Translations under genes and position numbers: made by a program
Notes under the pieces: generated by a model
Told to the model about the DNA's origin: nothing
The model's database searches: none
What the model saw: the letters and a program-made list of their open reading frames with translations, nothing else
NCBI GenBank assembly: GCA_023267045.1
Contig: JAHFOB010000005.1
Location: forward strand, 1-50,674
Direction: 5' to 3'
Length of the DNA: 50,674 bases
Source: Candidatus Zambryskiibacteriota bacterium
Lineage (GTDB): Bacteria > Patescibacteriota > Minisyncoccia > Phycocordibacterales > DATDWN01
Shown: piece after piece, positions 10,416 to 19,239 of the stretch
Layout: the number at the start of each line of letters is the position of its first letter
Numbering within the stretch: the stretch's first letter is position 1

Positions 10416-12092
10416 ATGGTAAAACGTTTTCTTAATCTGATAAACAGAGAAGTAAACGGCCTTCATCAGGCCGCTTATCTTTTGGGATTTTTTGCTATTT
10501 GCTCGCAAGTTTTGGCTTTATTTCGAGATAGGATTTTAGCTTCACAGTTTGGCGCAGGAAACACACTAGACTTATATTATTCAGCGTTTAGGATTCCAGA
10601 TATTTTGTTTGCCACAGTTGCTTCTATCGTTTCTGTTTCTGTTCTCATACCTTTTTTGATTGAGCGATTTGAGAAAAGTGATGAAGATGCCAAAGAGTTT
10701 ATTGATATGATTTTTTCTTTCTTTTTCTGTTTTATGTTGGTGGTTGGAGTTTTGGCTTATATTACAGCACCATATTTCATGAAACTACTTTTCCCAGTTT
10801 TTGCTAAATCCACATCATTTCCAGATCTTATTCATCTGACCAGAATTCTTTTATTGTCACCAATTTTTCTTGGCTTCTCAAATCTCTTAGCTAGCATCAC
10901 TCAAATAAACAGACGTTTTTTGGTCTACGCCGTTTCTCCCGTTGTTTACAACGTTGGCATTATAATAGGGATCACCTTACTATATCCAGTTTTTGGCCTT
11001 TCTGGTCTCGGTATGGGTGTTGTTTTGGGGGCGTTCCTTCATTTTGCTATCCAGATTCCGTTCATCGTTTCTGTTGGAATGTTTCCAAAACTTCGCTTTC
11101 CAATAAAATTTAGTTTTATAAAAAAAGTCATTTACACATCCCTTCCTCGCACTATCACCGTTTCTTCAAACGAAATTGCTGAATTATTTCTCATTTCTTT
11201 CGCTTCTTTTTTCGCTCCTGGTTCTGTTGCCGTCTTCAACTTTTCTTTTAACCTGCAAGCCGTACCTTTTAGTATTATCGGTGTTAGCTACTCTCTGGCC
11301 GCTTTTCCAACTTTGACAAAACTTTTCGGAAATAATAAGGACGAGTTTATCGAGCAAATGATAAATTCCGCTCGACATGTTATTTTCTGGTCAGTGCCAG
11401 TGACAGTTTTGTTTATCGTTTTACGTGCTCAGATTGTCAGAACTATTTTAGGAACAGGGAGGTTTAATTGGGATGATACACGACTAACGGCTGCTGCACT
11501 GGCTTTATTTACTATCTCTCTTGTTGCTCAAAACTTAGTTTCTCTCTTTGTCCGTTCATACTATTCTCAAGGCAAAACCAAAACTCCGCTTTTTATGAAC
11601 ATATTTTCCGCTTTAATTATTATTTTTGGCAGTTATTATTTGGCTCAACTTTTCCAAGCAAATTTATTTTTCAGAAACTTTATGGAGTCGATCTTGAAGG
11701 TTTCTGGTATAAACGGCACAGTTGTTCTAATGCTTCCTCTGGGTTTCTCTATTGGGGTTATTATAAATCTTATTATTCACTGGGTCGGTTTCAATAAACA
11801 TTTCCCGACATTTTCCTCTCGAGTGTTGCGAACTTTGTTTCAGGTAACTGGGGCATCTGTTATTATGGGTTATGTTACGTATATTTGTCTAAATATTTTT
11901 TCCACGGTCTTTAACCTCAATACTTTATCTGGAGTATTTCTGCAAGGATTTGTCTCGGGGGTTGTAGGTATTATTTTTGCTATGGTCATATTATTTTTAC
12001 TAAAAAGCAAAGAGTTGCAGGAAGTTTGGGCTACGCTTCACAAGAAGATTTGGAAATCAGACATCGTTGGGCCAGACCCAGAACTGCAATAA
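10416..12092 (+). CDS. murJ: Lipid II flippase MurJ/MviN
   Basis: SQVLALFRDRILASQFGAG...LDLYYSAFRIPD, VVYNVGII and RSYYSQGKTKTP in a multi-TM protein. Confidence 0.9.
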   Translation: MVKRFLNLINREVNGLHQAAYLLGFFAICSQVLALFRDRILASQFGAGNTLDLYYSAFRIPDILFATVASIVSVSVLIPFLIERFEKSDEDAKEFIDMIFSFFFCFMLVVGVLAYITAPYFMKLLFPVFAKSTSFPDLIHLTRILLLSPIFLGFSNLLASITQINRRFLVYAVSPVVYNVGIIIGITLLYPVFGLSGLGMGVVLGAFLHFAIQIPFIVSVGMFPKLRFPIKFSFIKKVIYTSLPRTITVSSNEIAELFLISFASFFAPGSVAVFNFSFNLQAVPFSIIGVSYSLAAFPTLTKLFGNNKDEFIEQMINSARHVIFWSVPVTVLFIVLRAQIVRTILGTGRFNWDDTRLTAAALALFTISLVAQNLVSLFVRSYYSQGKTKTPLFMNIFSALIIIFGSYYLAQLFQANLFFRNFMESILKVSGINGTVVLMLPLGFSIGVIINLIIHWVGFNKHFPTFSSRVLRTLFQVTGASVIMGYVTYICLNIFSTVFNLNTLSGVFLQGFVSGVVGIIFAMVILFLLKSKELQEVWATLHKKIWKSDIVGPDPELQ

Positions 12093-12129
12093 TTTTTGAA
12101 ATAGTCACTTTTGTGCTTTAATGTAGCCC

Positions 12130-14472
12130 ATGGATAATATTAGAAATTTCAGCATCATTGCTCATATTGATCACGGTAAATCTACCTTGGCTGACAGAAT
12201 GCTTGAGATCACAGGCACAATAGAAGCCCGTAAAATGCAGGATCAAGTACTGGACTCAATGGAACTTGAGCGTGAGAGGGGTATTACCATAAAAATGCAA
12301 CCAGTTAGGATGGTTTACCATCCTCGCAGACTAGATTCAGACTTAACGCAGACTGACTCAGACACCGGGCAAAATGACTTTCTATATAAAGATTTAACTT
12401 ATAAAATACGAGGTGCTTGTTTTGCTGTCAGAAAATCATTAGGGTTAGGTCACAAAGAAATAGTGTATCAAAAAGCTTTGGAAATTGAGTTTAAAAATAT
12501 TGGCTTGAATTTTGAGAGTCAAAAAATTTTGAATGTTCTTTATCAAGATCAAAAAGTAGGAATATATACTCCCGATTTTATTATTGAAGATAAAATTATA
12601 ATTGAACTTAAATCTTTGCCTGAAATTGGCAAACCACAAGAAGAACAGTTGTGGAGCTATATTAAAGGATCTAAATATAAACTTGCACTTCTAATCAATT
12701 TTGGGAGTAAGGATGTAGAATTTAAGAGAATTGTTTATGATAGTCTGCGTCAGTCTGCGTCTAGTCTGCGACAGTCAGCGCAGATTCAGGATGAATACAT
12801 CCTGAATCTGATTGACACTCCTGGGCATATAGACTTTTCCTATGAAGTTTCTCGCGCACTCAAAGCCGTTGAGGGTTCTATTTTGCTCGTTGACTCAACA
12901 CAAGGTGTGCAAGCACAAACTCTAACAACTCTCGGAATGGCTCGCGAGTCAGGGCTGACGATTATTCCCGTGCTTTCGAAAATAGATTCGAGCTTGGCAC
13001 GTGTCTCTGAAGTTAAGCAGGAAGTCATCAAACTTTTAGGATGCAAAGAAGAAGATATCATGGAAACTTCTGGCAGAACTGGAAAAGGTGTTGAGGCACT
13101 TTTAAATGCAATTATTGAAAAAGTACCTCCGCCGACCAGCATAGACTTAACACAGACTCACGCAGAATTAAATTCAGCGAAGTCTGCGTCTAGTCTGCCT
13201 CTGTCTGCGAGTGCCTTCAGGGCACTAGTTTTTGATTTCAAATACTCAACTCATCGTGGAGTTATCGTTTTCGTGCGGGTAATGTCCGGAGAAGTAAAAA
13301 GAAACACACCTTTGGTTTTTAAAATTGCTAAAGAAACTTTCACCTCCATCGAAGTTGGAATTTTTTCACCGGGCGAAGTGGCGGTGGATAAACTTTCTGC
13401 AGGAGAAATTGGCTATATTGTAACGGGCATAAAACAACCCGGAATCGCTTCTGTTGGAGACACGGTAGCAACTATAGAAGACAAGCTCTCGCCACTTGCT
13501 GGGTATATGTCTCCCAGACCTGTTGTCTGGGCGTCGATTTATCCTGAAAGTCAGGATGATTTCACTGTTTTAAAGCAGGCACTTGGCAAACTAAAACTTT
13601 CTGACTCTTCATACACATTTGAGGAAGAATCTTCGGGCTCTTTGGGGAGGGGATTTCGCTGTGGTTTTCTCGGTATGCTCCACTTGGAAATTATTTCAGA
13701 GCGTTTACACAGAGAATTTAACTTGGAGTTGGTGGTGACCATGCCGACGATTACATATGAAGTGACCCCGAAGGAAAGTCGAGCACAACTTCCTACGGGG
13801 CAGGCTTATAAAAATAAATCATATATGGTGTATTCTCCTGCAAATTTTCCTGACGAAGGAACTTATTCTGAAATTCGTGAGCCGTGGGCAAATGTGGTTA
13901 TTATTACACCTGTAAAATATCTCTCAAATCTCATGCCACTTTTGTATGATCACGAAGCAGAAATAGGGGATTCAGAAAACTTTGGAGAAGACAGAACTAG
14001 ACTGACCATGAAAATGCCTCTTCGAGAGCTGATGCGAAACTTTTTTGATAAATTAAAAAGTGTCACCAGTGGTTTCGGTTCCATTTCATATGAAATAGAA
14101 GGAATGAGAAAAGCTGACGTTGTTCGGCTAGATATTTTAGTCGCCGACGAAATATTGCCAGCTTTTTCTCGAGTTGTTTCTCGTCGTGTGGTTGAGCAAG
14201 AAGCAGAGCAAGCTGTGGAAAAGCTTCACGCTATTTTGCCTCGCCAAATGTTTGTGATGAAAATCCAAGGCAAAGCTCTTGGCAGAATAATCTCAAGTCG
14301 AACAGTTTCAGCTTTTAGTAAAGATGTGACGCAACACATGTATGGTGGAGATATTACTCGCAAAATGAAGTTGCGCGAAAAGCAAAAGAAAGGAAAAAAG
14401 AAAATGAAAGAGAGAGGAATGGGGAAGGTTAATATTCCACAGGACGTCTTTCTAAAGATGATGAGAAGTTAA
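12130..14472 (+). CDS. lepA: Elongation factor 4 (LepA) with three in-frame insertions, including a GxxExxY nuclease domain
   Basis: IRNFSIIAHIDHGKSTLADR, ERERGITIK, LIDTPGHIDF, GFRCGFLGMLH, YGGDITRKMKL; 780 aa versus about 600 aa typical. Confidence 0.97.
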   Translation: MDNIRNFSIIAHIDHGKSTLADRMLEITGTIEARKMQDQVLDSMELERERGITIKMQPVRMVYHPRRLDSDLTQTDSDTGQNDFLYKDLTYKIRGACFAVRKSLGLGHKEIVYQKALEIEFKNIGLNFESQKILNVLYQDQKVGIYTPDFIIEDKIIIELKSLPEIGKPQEEQLWSYIKGSKYKLALLINFGSKDVEFKRIVYDSLRQSASSLRQSAQIQDEYILNLIDTPGHIDFSYEVSRALKAVEGSILLVDSTQGVQAQTLTTLGMARESGLTIIPVLSKIDSSLARVSEVKQEVIKLLGCKEEDIMETSGRTGKGVEALLNAIIEKVPPPTSIDLTQTHAELNSAKSASSLPLSASAFRALVFDFKYSTHRGVIVFVRVMSGEVKRNTPLVFKIAKETFTSIEVGIFSPGEVAVDKLSAGEIGYIVTGIKQPGIASVGDTVATIEDKLSPLAGYMSPRPVVWASIYPESQDDFTVLKQALGKLKLSDSSYTFEEESSGSLGRGFRCGFLGMLHLEIISERLHREFNLELVVTMPTITYEVTPKESRAQLPTGQAYKNKSYMVYSPANFPDEGTYSEIREPWANVVIITPVKYLSNLMPLLYDHEAEIGDSENFGEDRTRLTMKMPLRELMRNFFDKLKSVTSGFGSISYEIEGMRKADVVRLDILVADEILPAFSRVVSRRVVEQEAEQAVEKLHAILPRQMFVMKIQGKALGRIISSRTVSAFSKDVTQHMYGGDITRKMKLREKQKKGKKKMKERGMGKVNIPQDVFLKMMRS
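12325..12780 (+). mobile_element. In-frame cassette inside lepA: GxxExxY (PDDEXK_3-like) nuclease bounded by 39-bp inverted arrays of CGCAGACT units
   Basis: Motifs GHKEIVY and PDFIIEDKIIIELK. Left arm 12325-12363 has 4 x CAGAC; right arm 12742-12780 has 4 x AGTCWGCG. Length 456 bp = 152 codons. Confidence 0.85.
13140..13209. repeat. Nuclease-less palindromic copy of the same element, in frame in lepA
   Basis: catagact-taa-cacagact-ca-cgcagaatt / aaattcagcg-a-agtctgcg-tct-agtctgcc-tct-gtctgcg; encodes IDLTQTHAELNSAKSASSLPLSA. Confidence 0.8.
13764..13805. repeat. Short hairpin insertion in lepA (ACCCC...ACGGGGCARG family)
   Basis: ccccgaaggaa/ttcctacgggg stem followed by cagg; extra peptide TPKESRAQLPTGQA. 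Confidence 0.7.
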
Positions 14473-14753
14473 AACTTCCAAATTTAGCGATCTCCTCGTT
14501 TCGAAATTGAAAATTCTCGTCACCTTACGACGAGTAAGGCTCCTCGCATTTCCAATTCCTCAACATCGGATCTCATCTAAATTATGAAAGTTTTAAAAAT
14601 CTCGTCGAGCATACTTTTTCGCAAGACCTCGCAGACCTGAAGCTTGGTTCCGTCAAGGCACCCCGTTCTTGACGGATTCAGGTCGAGAACAAAGTGAGCG
14701 TAGCGCTGGCGGAGCGAGCGGTCTGGAGAAAAAGTGTGCGAGTAAGAGATTTT
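14471..14753. other. Two abutting long imperfect stem-loops between convergent lepA and ruvC (MITE-like or structured RNA)
   Basis: 14471-14594: aaaactt..aatttag/ctaaatt..aagtttt with apical ccttac/gtaagg. 14596-14753: aaaatctc/gagatttt, gcatacttttt/aaaaagtgtgc, gacctgaa/ttcaggtc, tccgtcaag/cttgacgga. Confidence 0.6.
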
Positions 14754-14754
14754 G

Positions 14755-15228
14755 TTAACGATTTATAGCAAAATGGGTCAGTCCAATAGCAATTGCATCA
14801 AACTCATCGTCACTATTAGTCTTTGAAGTGACCACGATTAGTTTTTTTACCATATCTATCATTTGTCTTTTCTCACTTCTGCCATATCCAGTTATGGCGA
14901 TTTTCACGTTGTTTGGTGTGTATTCAAAAACTTCTAGTCCCATTGAGCTTCCGGTATATAGAATTACTCCGCGAGCTTCTGCCACGAGCATTGCAGTTTT
15001 TTGATTTCCGCTAAAGAAAAGTTTCTCTGTTGCTAGTTGTTCTGGTTTATATTTTTTTATTACCTCTTTAATTCTATTTCCAATAAGTCGGAGACGCTCA
15101 TAGTGGGGAAGTTTACTAGACGTTTTAAAACATTCAGAAAAAATAAGCACTTCTTTTTTACCTTTTTCTTTTTCCAATATTGCTAATCCAAGTCGTTCGT
15201 ATCCCGGATCAATAGAAATAAGTTTCAT
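14755..15228 (-). CDS. ruvC: Holliday junction resolvase RuvC
   Basis: ISIDPGYERLG, EKLFF, AEARGV, YTPNNVKIAITGYG, DDEFDAIAI. Confidence 0.95.
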   Translation of the reverse strand: MKLISIDPGYERLGLAILEKEKGKKEVLIFSECFKTSSKLPHYERLRLIGNRIKEVIKKYKPEQLATEKLFFSGNQKTAMLVAEARGVILYTGSSMGLEVFEYTPNNVKIAITGYGRSEKRQMIDMVKKLIVVTSKTNSDDEFDAIAIGLTHFAINR

Positions 15229-15338
15229 GAATTTTATAATTTTTGAATTTTTAATTTTATAAATAAATCTAAATTTCTAATTTTTAAAAATTAATTCATT
15301 AAAACATTATTTAAAAATTACAAAATTAAAAATTGTTT
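15229..15338. repeat. AT-rich palindromic array of ~7-8-mer AATTTT/AAAATT units
   Basis: aattttat-aatttttg-aattttt... mirrored by ...aaaaatt-acaaaatt-aaaaatt. Confidence 0.55.
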
Positions 15339-15339
15339 A

Positions 15340-15867
15340 TTATTCTGCATTTGTATGAACATCCTGCACTTCATCTGATTCCTCTAATTCTTCTATTAGA
15401 TTACCAAGTTTTTCCCCATCTTCATCCGAAAGGGGAATTGTTGAAGTTGGTGTCCATTCTCCACCAGGACTGTGACTAAATGCCCAGCTCGCTGCTCCAA
15501 CACCCGCCATAGCAAAACCATGTTTTGCTAAAATAGTTTTTATTTCTTGATTCGCACGATTTTTACTGTCCGTTAGTGCTTCAATAACCATCGCACATCC
15601 GCCCGGCCCATATGCCTCGTAAATAATCATCTCCATATCACCAGACTCACTAGATTTTTTAATCGCTCTCTCAATATTATCGTTCGGTACATTCATTGAC
15701 TTGGCTTTTTCTATCGCCGATTTAAGTCCCAGGGAACTTACATTCCCCCCAGACTTTTTCGCTTCAACCGTGATCAGCTTTATCATTTTGCCAAAAATCT
15801 TTGATTTTTGTGAATCAGTTTTTTCTTTCTTGTGTTTTATTTTTGACCATTTATTATGTCCACTCAT
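15340..15867 (-). CDS. yebC: YebC/PmpR family protein, short form
   Basis: MSGHNKWSKIKHKK, YEAYGPGG, DEVQDVHTN; lies between ruvB and ruvC. Confidence 0.93.
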   Translation of the reverse strand: MSGHNKWSKIKHKKEKTDSQKSKIFGKMIKLITVEAKKSGGNVSSLGLKSAIEKAKSMNVPNDNIERAIKKSSESGDMEMIIYEAYGPGGCAMVIEALTDSKNRANQEIKTILAKHGFAMAGVGAASWAFSHSPGGEWTPTSTIPLSDEDGEKLGNLIEELEESDEVQDVHTNAE

Positions 15868-15875
15868 TGGAATGT

Positions 15876-15958
15876 GTGATGTATAAGGTATAACGTATTA
15901 TGTATAAATAAGAATTCAAGTCCATACATTATACTTTATACACTATACGTTATACACC
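15876..15958. repeat. Palindromic 7-mer array (GTATAAN units / TATACNN units)
   Basis: gtataag-gtataac-gtattat-gtataaa ... catacat-tatactt-tatacac-tatacgt-tatacac. Confidence 0.7.
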
Positions 15959-15968
15959 TAAAACTTTG

Positions 15969-16982
15969 TTACAACAAAGTCTTAGGTGTTAATCCCAAAT
16001 GCTCATAGCCTGAAGCAGTTACCGTTCTTCCGCGCGGAGTACGATCAAGAAATCCAAGTTGTAATAAATATGGTTCGTTGAACTCCTCAATTGTTGCTTG
16101 TTCCTCTGATATTGCTGCGGCCAAGGTATTTAATCCAACAGGTCCACCACCAAATTTATTTATTATCGTATGCAAAATATCTCTATCTGCAGGTGTTAGT
16201 CCTTGTTCGTCAATACCGAGAAGTTTTAAAGCTTCTGCCACAGAGTTTTTGGTCATCTCTGTTTTGTGAACCTGGGCATAGTCACGACAACGTTTCAAAA
16301 AGTAGTTTGCTGTACGCGGAGTAAAGCGAGATCTTTTTGAAATCTCCTGACCTGCACTTTTTTCTAGATCGATTCCTAAAATTTTAGCAGATCGAGTAAT
16401 TATTTTTTGTATTTCGTCGTTGGTATAAAACTCCAGTTTGAAAATTCCTCCAGAAAAGCGTGAGCGGAGAGGGGATGAAATCATGGCGATTCGTGTCGTT
16501 GCGCCGATCAGTGTAAATGGTGGAAGTTCGAGTTGTATTGTTCGAGCACTCGGTCCTTTTCCGATAATAATATCGAGTGAGCCAGATTCCATGGCGGGAT
16601 ATAAAACTTCCTCAATAGTTTTATTAAGGCGATGAATTTCATCAATAAAAAGTATGTCTCCTGGTGAGAGATTTGTCAGTATTGACGCTAAATCACCAAT
16701 TTTCTCTATTGCAGGACCAGAAGTCACCTTCATTTGGGCTTTTATTTCTTTGGCAATGAGATGAGCAAGGGTCGTTTTTCCAAGTCCAGGCGGACCGTAG
16801 AAAAGTATGTGCTCTGGTGGGTGATTTCGCTCTTTTGCCGCGGTAAGTAGGATCTGCAAGTTCTTTTTTACCATGTTTTGACCTATATAATCCTCCCATT
16901 TTGAAGGTCGCAAAGTGGTGTCCAAGAATAATTCTTCTTTTTCCGATACCCCATTGTCTTTGTTAGCCTGTTTTTTCTTCAT
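15969..16982 (-). CDS. ruvB: Holliday junction branch-migration helicase RuvB
   Basis: LRP..W..YIGQ, GPPGLGKTT, ILFIDEIHRL, GATTR, GGPVGL, RTPRGR. Confidence 0.97.
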   Translation of the reverse strand: MKKKQANKDNGVSEKEELFLDTTLRPSKWEDYIGQNMVKKNLQILLTAAKERNHPPEHILFYGPPGLGKTTLAHLIAKEIKAQMKVTSGPAIEKIGDLASILTNLSPGDILFIDEIHRLNKTIEEVLYPAMESGSLDIIIGKGPSARTIQLELPPFTLIGATTRIAMISSPLRSRFSGGIFKLEFYTNDEIQKIITRSAKILGIDLEKSAGQEISKRSRFTPRTANYFLKRCRDYAQVHKTEMTKNSVAEALKLLGIDEQGLTPADRDILHTIINKFGGGPVGLNTLAAAISEEQATIEEFNEPYLLQLGFLDRTPRGRTVTASGYEHLGLTPKTLL

Positions 16983-17011
16983 ACTATTTACATTATATCA
17001 AATCATTGCTT

Positions 17012-17112
17012 GACCCCAGTAGTAGAGCCGCGGTACTAGAGCAAAGCTCAGTACACGGTAAACAGCTCACTACGGGGTCTAACAGGTAGTGAGCTCTGCT
17101 CTACTACCTGTT
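17012..17112. repeat. Cluster of three related hairpins with a TAGAGC-N-GCTCA core: one nested in another, one inverted
   Basis: Outer gaccccagtagtagagc...gctcactacggggtc; inner ggtactagagcaaagctcagtac; third copy on the minus strand aacaggtagtagagcagagctcactacctgtt. Confidence 0.8.
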
Positions 17113-17139
17113 GACATGAAAAGTTTTTTATGCTAGACT
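17111..17139 (+). promoter_or_regulatory. Sigma70-type promoter with no downstream ORF
   Basis: TTGACA-17 nt-TAGACT, preceded by a TG extended -10 (tgc-tagact). Confidence 0.7.
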
Positions 17140-17145
17140 CCTTTT

Positions 17146-17390
17146 CTACATTACTCGATGGTTATTTGACTGCATTTGGCCGCTCCAAAATATAAATCTC
17201 TAAGCAACTAAGCATTTATGTTTAAGAGTCTTTCTACGAGGACATTCTGGATATTACCTTGTGTAATATTCTGGAGTTATCCTTTGTGAAATACTTAGCT
17301 TTTTGTATCTTTACTTTAAGTGTTGCTTAGAGATTTATGCTTTGGAACTTTTTTGAAATTTCGACTGACCTCTGCATTAAGTATAAGTAG
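17146..17390 (+). ncRNA. Candidate rod-like ncRNA (~245 nt), possibly 6S-like
   Basis: Follows a near-consensus promoter. Closing pairing ctacattact/agtataagtag, perfect 17-bp helix 17192-17208/17322-17338, apical gatattac/gtaatatt; no ORF. Confidence 0.5.
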
Positions 17391-17451
17391 CAAACTATCC
17401 TTGGCAAGTCTGTTTAACATTAGAGCTTGCAAGAAATCCCGTGTCCAGTTT

Positions 17452-19128
17452 CTATTGTCTCTCAACATCCACAACTCTGCGTAATTCTTCCAAAGTTGTT
17501 ATACCCTGAAGCACTTTTATTACCCCATCTTGATTTAAGTTTAGCAAATTTTGCTTACTTGCCACTTTTTCTATCTCTCTTTCGCTCGGGTTTTCAATAA
17601 CTATCTTTTCAATATCTGAATCCATTACAATAGCTTCGTGTATTCCAGTCCGACCTTTATAGCCGATGTTGTGGCACTTATCACAACCGACGGCTTGGAA
17701 AATATGTGAGCGATCTAGTCCTTCTAGATAGCTTTTATCTTTTATTGTATCCAAAATATCTAGGATAGTTTTTTTATCATCACCTGCAAGATCGATTTGT
17801 TTTTTGCATGCTGGACATAGTTTTCGGACGAGACGTTGAGCCATAACCATATTTATTGCTGACGACAAAACTTTTGGATTTGCTCCAAGGTCTATCAGTC
17901 GTGGAAATGTTCCAGCAGCGTTGTTAGTGTGAAGTGTAGAAAAAACTAAGTGTCCAGTTAGTGACGAGTTAATAGCTATTTCTGCTGTTTCTCTGTCTCG
18001 TATTTCACCGACCATGATTACGTCCGGGTCTTGACGCAGAGCACTTCGCAGACCTTCAGCAAACGTATAGTCTTTCTTTTCGTCAGTTTGAGTCTGGACA
18101 ATACCCGGTAAATGGTATTCTATTGGATCTTCGATAGTAATTATTTTTATTTCTGGTGTGTGAATTCTTTTTATAAAGGCATACAAGGTTGTGGTTTTTC
18201 CGGAACCAGTCGGTCCAGTGTTGAGCATCATACCGTTCGGTTTTTTTAGTTGTATATCAATCATCTCCATCAACCTTTTATTTATACCCAAATCTTCTAG
18301 TGGTGTTCCTATTGATTTTGGATTGAGGACTCGGAGAACGATCGACTCGCTATATGCTCCGGGGAGAAGGGAAGTTCGGATTTCTATTTCACTATCTTTT
18401 ATTTTTATACTAAAACGTCCATCTTGTGCACCACCAATATTGAGTTTTAAATTAGAAACAAGTTTCAAACGAGACAAAAGTAGTTTGTATGTATCTAAAT
18501 CAAATTCCAAAATGTCTGTCAGTATTCCATCTAGTCTGTATCGAAGTCGAACATAGCTTTCTTCTGGTTCAAGGTGAACATCGGAAGCGTCAGTTGCAAT
18601 TGCTCCAGCTAGAATTATTTCCATAATTCGAGAAATACGATAACTTTTTTTCATACTCAAAACTTCTTGTATCAGTTTCTGAACATCAGGTATAGTCTGA
18701 ACTTGTGACAAAAACTCTGTGATCTGATCGTTGGAAATATCCAAAGCCCCAGATTTTGTTTCAAAAGAATACGATAAGTCCTTGTATCTAATCCAAACTT
18801 TTTCAAGACTTGCGTGGGAAACCATGAAGAGTTCAACACTGTAGCCCTTTGCTTTTAATTTATTTAACGCCTCAACTGTTTTCGGATTTTCTGGAGACAA
18901 TGCACCAACACTCAAAACTTTATCAACTTCATTGAAAACAGCTACTTGCGCTTCGCGAGCTTCTGTTTCTGTAATAACACGAATAGAATCAATGTTTATT
19001 GGAACGGCAGTTAGATCTAGATAGGGGACACCATATTTAGATGATAGAGTTTGAGTCAGTTCTTCTTCCTCTTGTTTTCGTAAATCGTCTATCCGTTTAT
19101 TTTGTTTATCTTCGTCAAATACAACCAT
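17452..19128 (-). CDS. GspE/PilB-family type II secretion/type IV pilus assembly ATPase
   Basis: ASDVHLEP, QDGRF, TGPTGSGKTTTLY, TIEDPIEY, LRQDPDVIMVGEIRD, TGHLVFSTLHTN, tetracysteine Zn motif. Confidence 0.93.
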   Translation of the reverse strand: MVVFDEDKQNKRIDDLRKQEEEELTQTLSSKYGVPYLDLTAVPINIDSIRVITETEAREAQVAVFNEVDKVLSVGALSPENPKTVEALNKLKAKGYSVELFMVSHASLEKVWIRYKDLSYSFETKSGALDISNDQITEFLSQVQTIPDVQKLIQEVLSMKKSYRISRIMEIILAGAIATDASDVHLEPEESYVRLRYRLDGILTDILEFDLDTYKLLLSRLKLVSNLKLNIGGAQDGRFSIKIKDSEIEIRTSLLPGAYSESIVLRVLNPKSIGTPLEDLGINKRLMEMIDIQLKKPNGMMLNTGPTGSGKTTTLYAFIKRIHTPEIKIITIEDPIEYHLPGIVQTQTDEKKDYTFAEGLRSALRQDPDVIMVGEIRDRETAEIAINSSLTGHLVFSTLHTNNAAGTFPRLIDLGANPKVLSSAINMVMAQRLVRKLCPACKKQIDLAGDDKKTILDILDTIKDKSYLEGLDRSHIFQAVGCDKCHNIGYKGRTGIHEAIVMDSDIEKIVIENPSEREIEKVASKQNLLNLNQDGVIKVLQGITTLEELRRVVDVERQ

Positions 19129-19189
19129 GCATAAATAATAACATAATTTTCAGTTGAAAATCCTTAATTCTGGCTACTTTTTGAGTATA

Positions 19190-19218
19190 TTGACAAAAAG
19201 ACTAAAGTAGTGTAAGAT
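19190..19218 (+). promoter_or_regulatory. Sigma70-type promoter
   Basis: TTGACA-17 nt-TAAGAT; Shine-Dalgarno-like GAGGGGG before ATG 19240. Confidence 0.65.
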
Positions 19219-19239
19219 GGTAGGCAGAGGGGGTGTCCC

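Noticed and set aside
12325-12780. Intein or self-splicing intron in lepA
   Set aside because: No N-terminal Cys/Ser with C-terminal His-Asn, no HINT blocks, and no recognisable group I/II core; the insert is almost entirely nuclease domain plus repeat arms.
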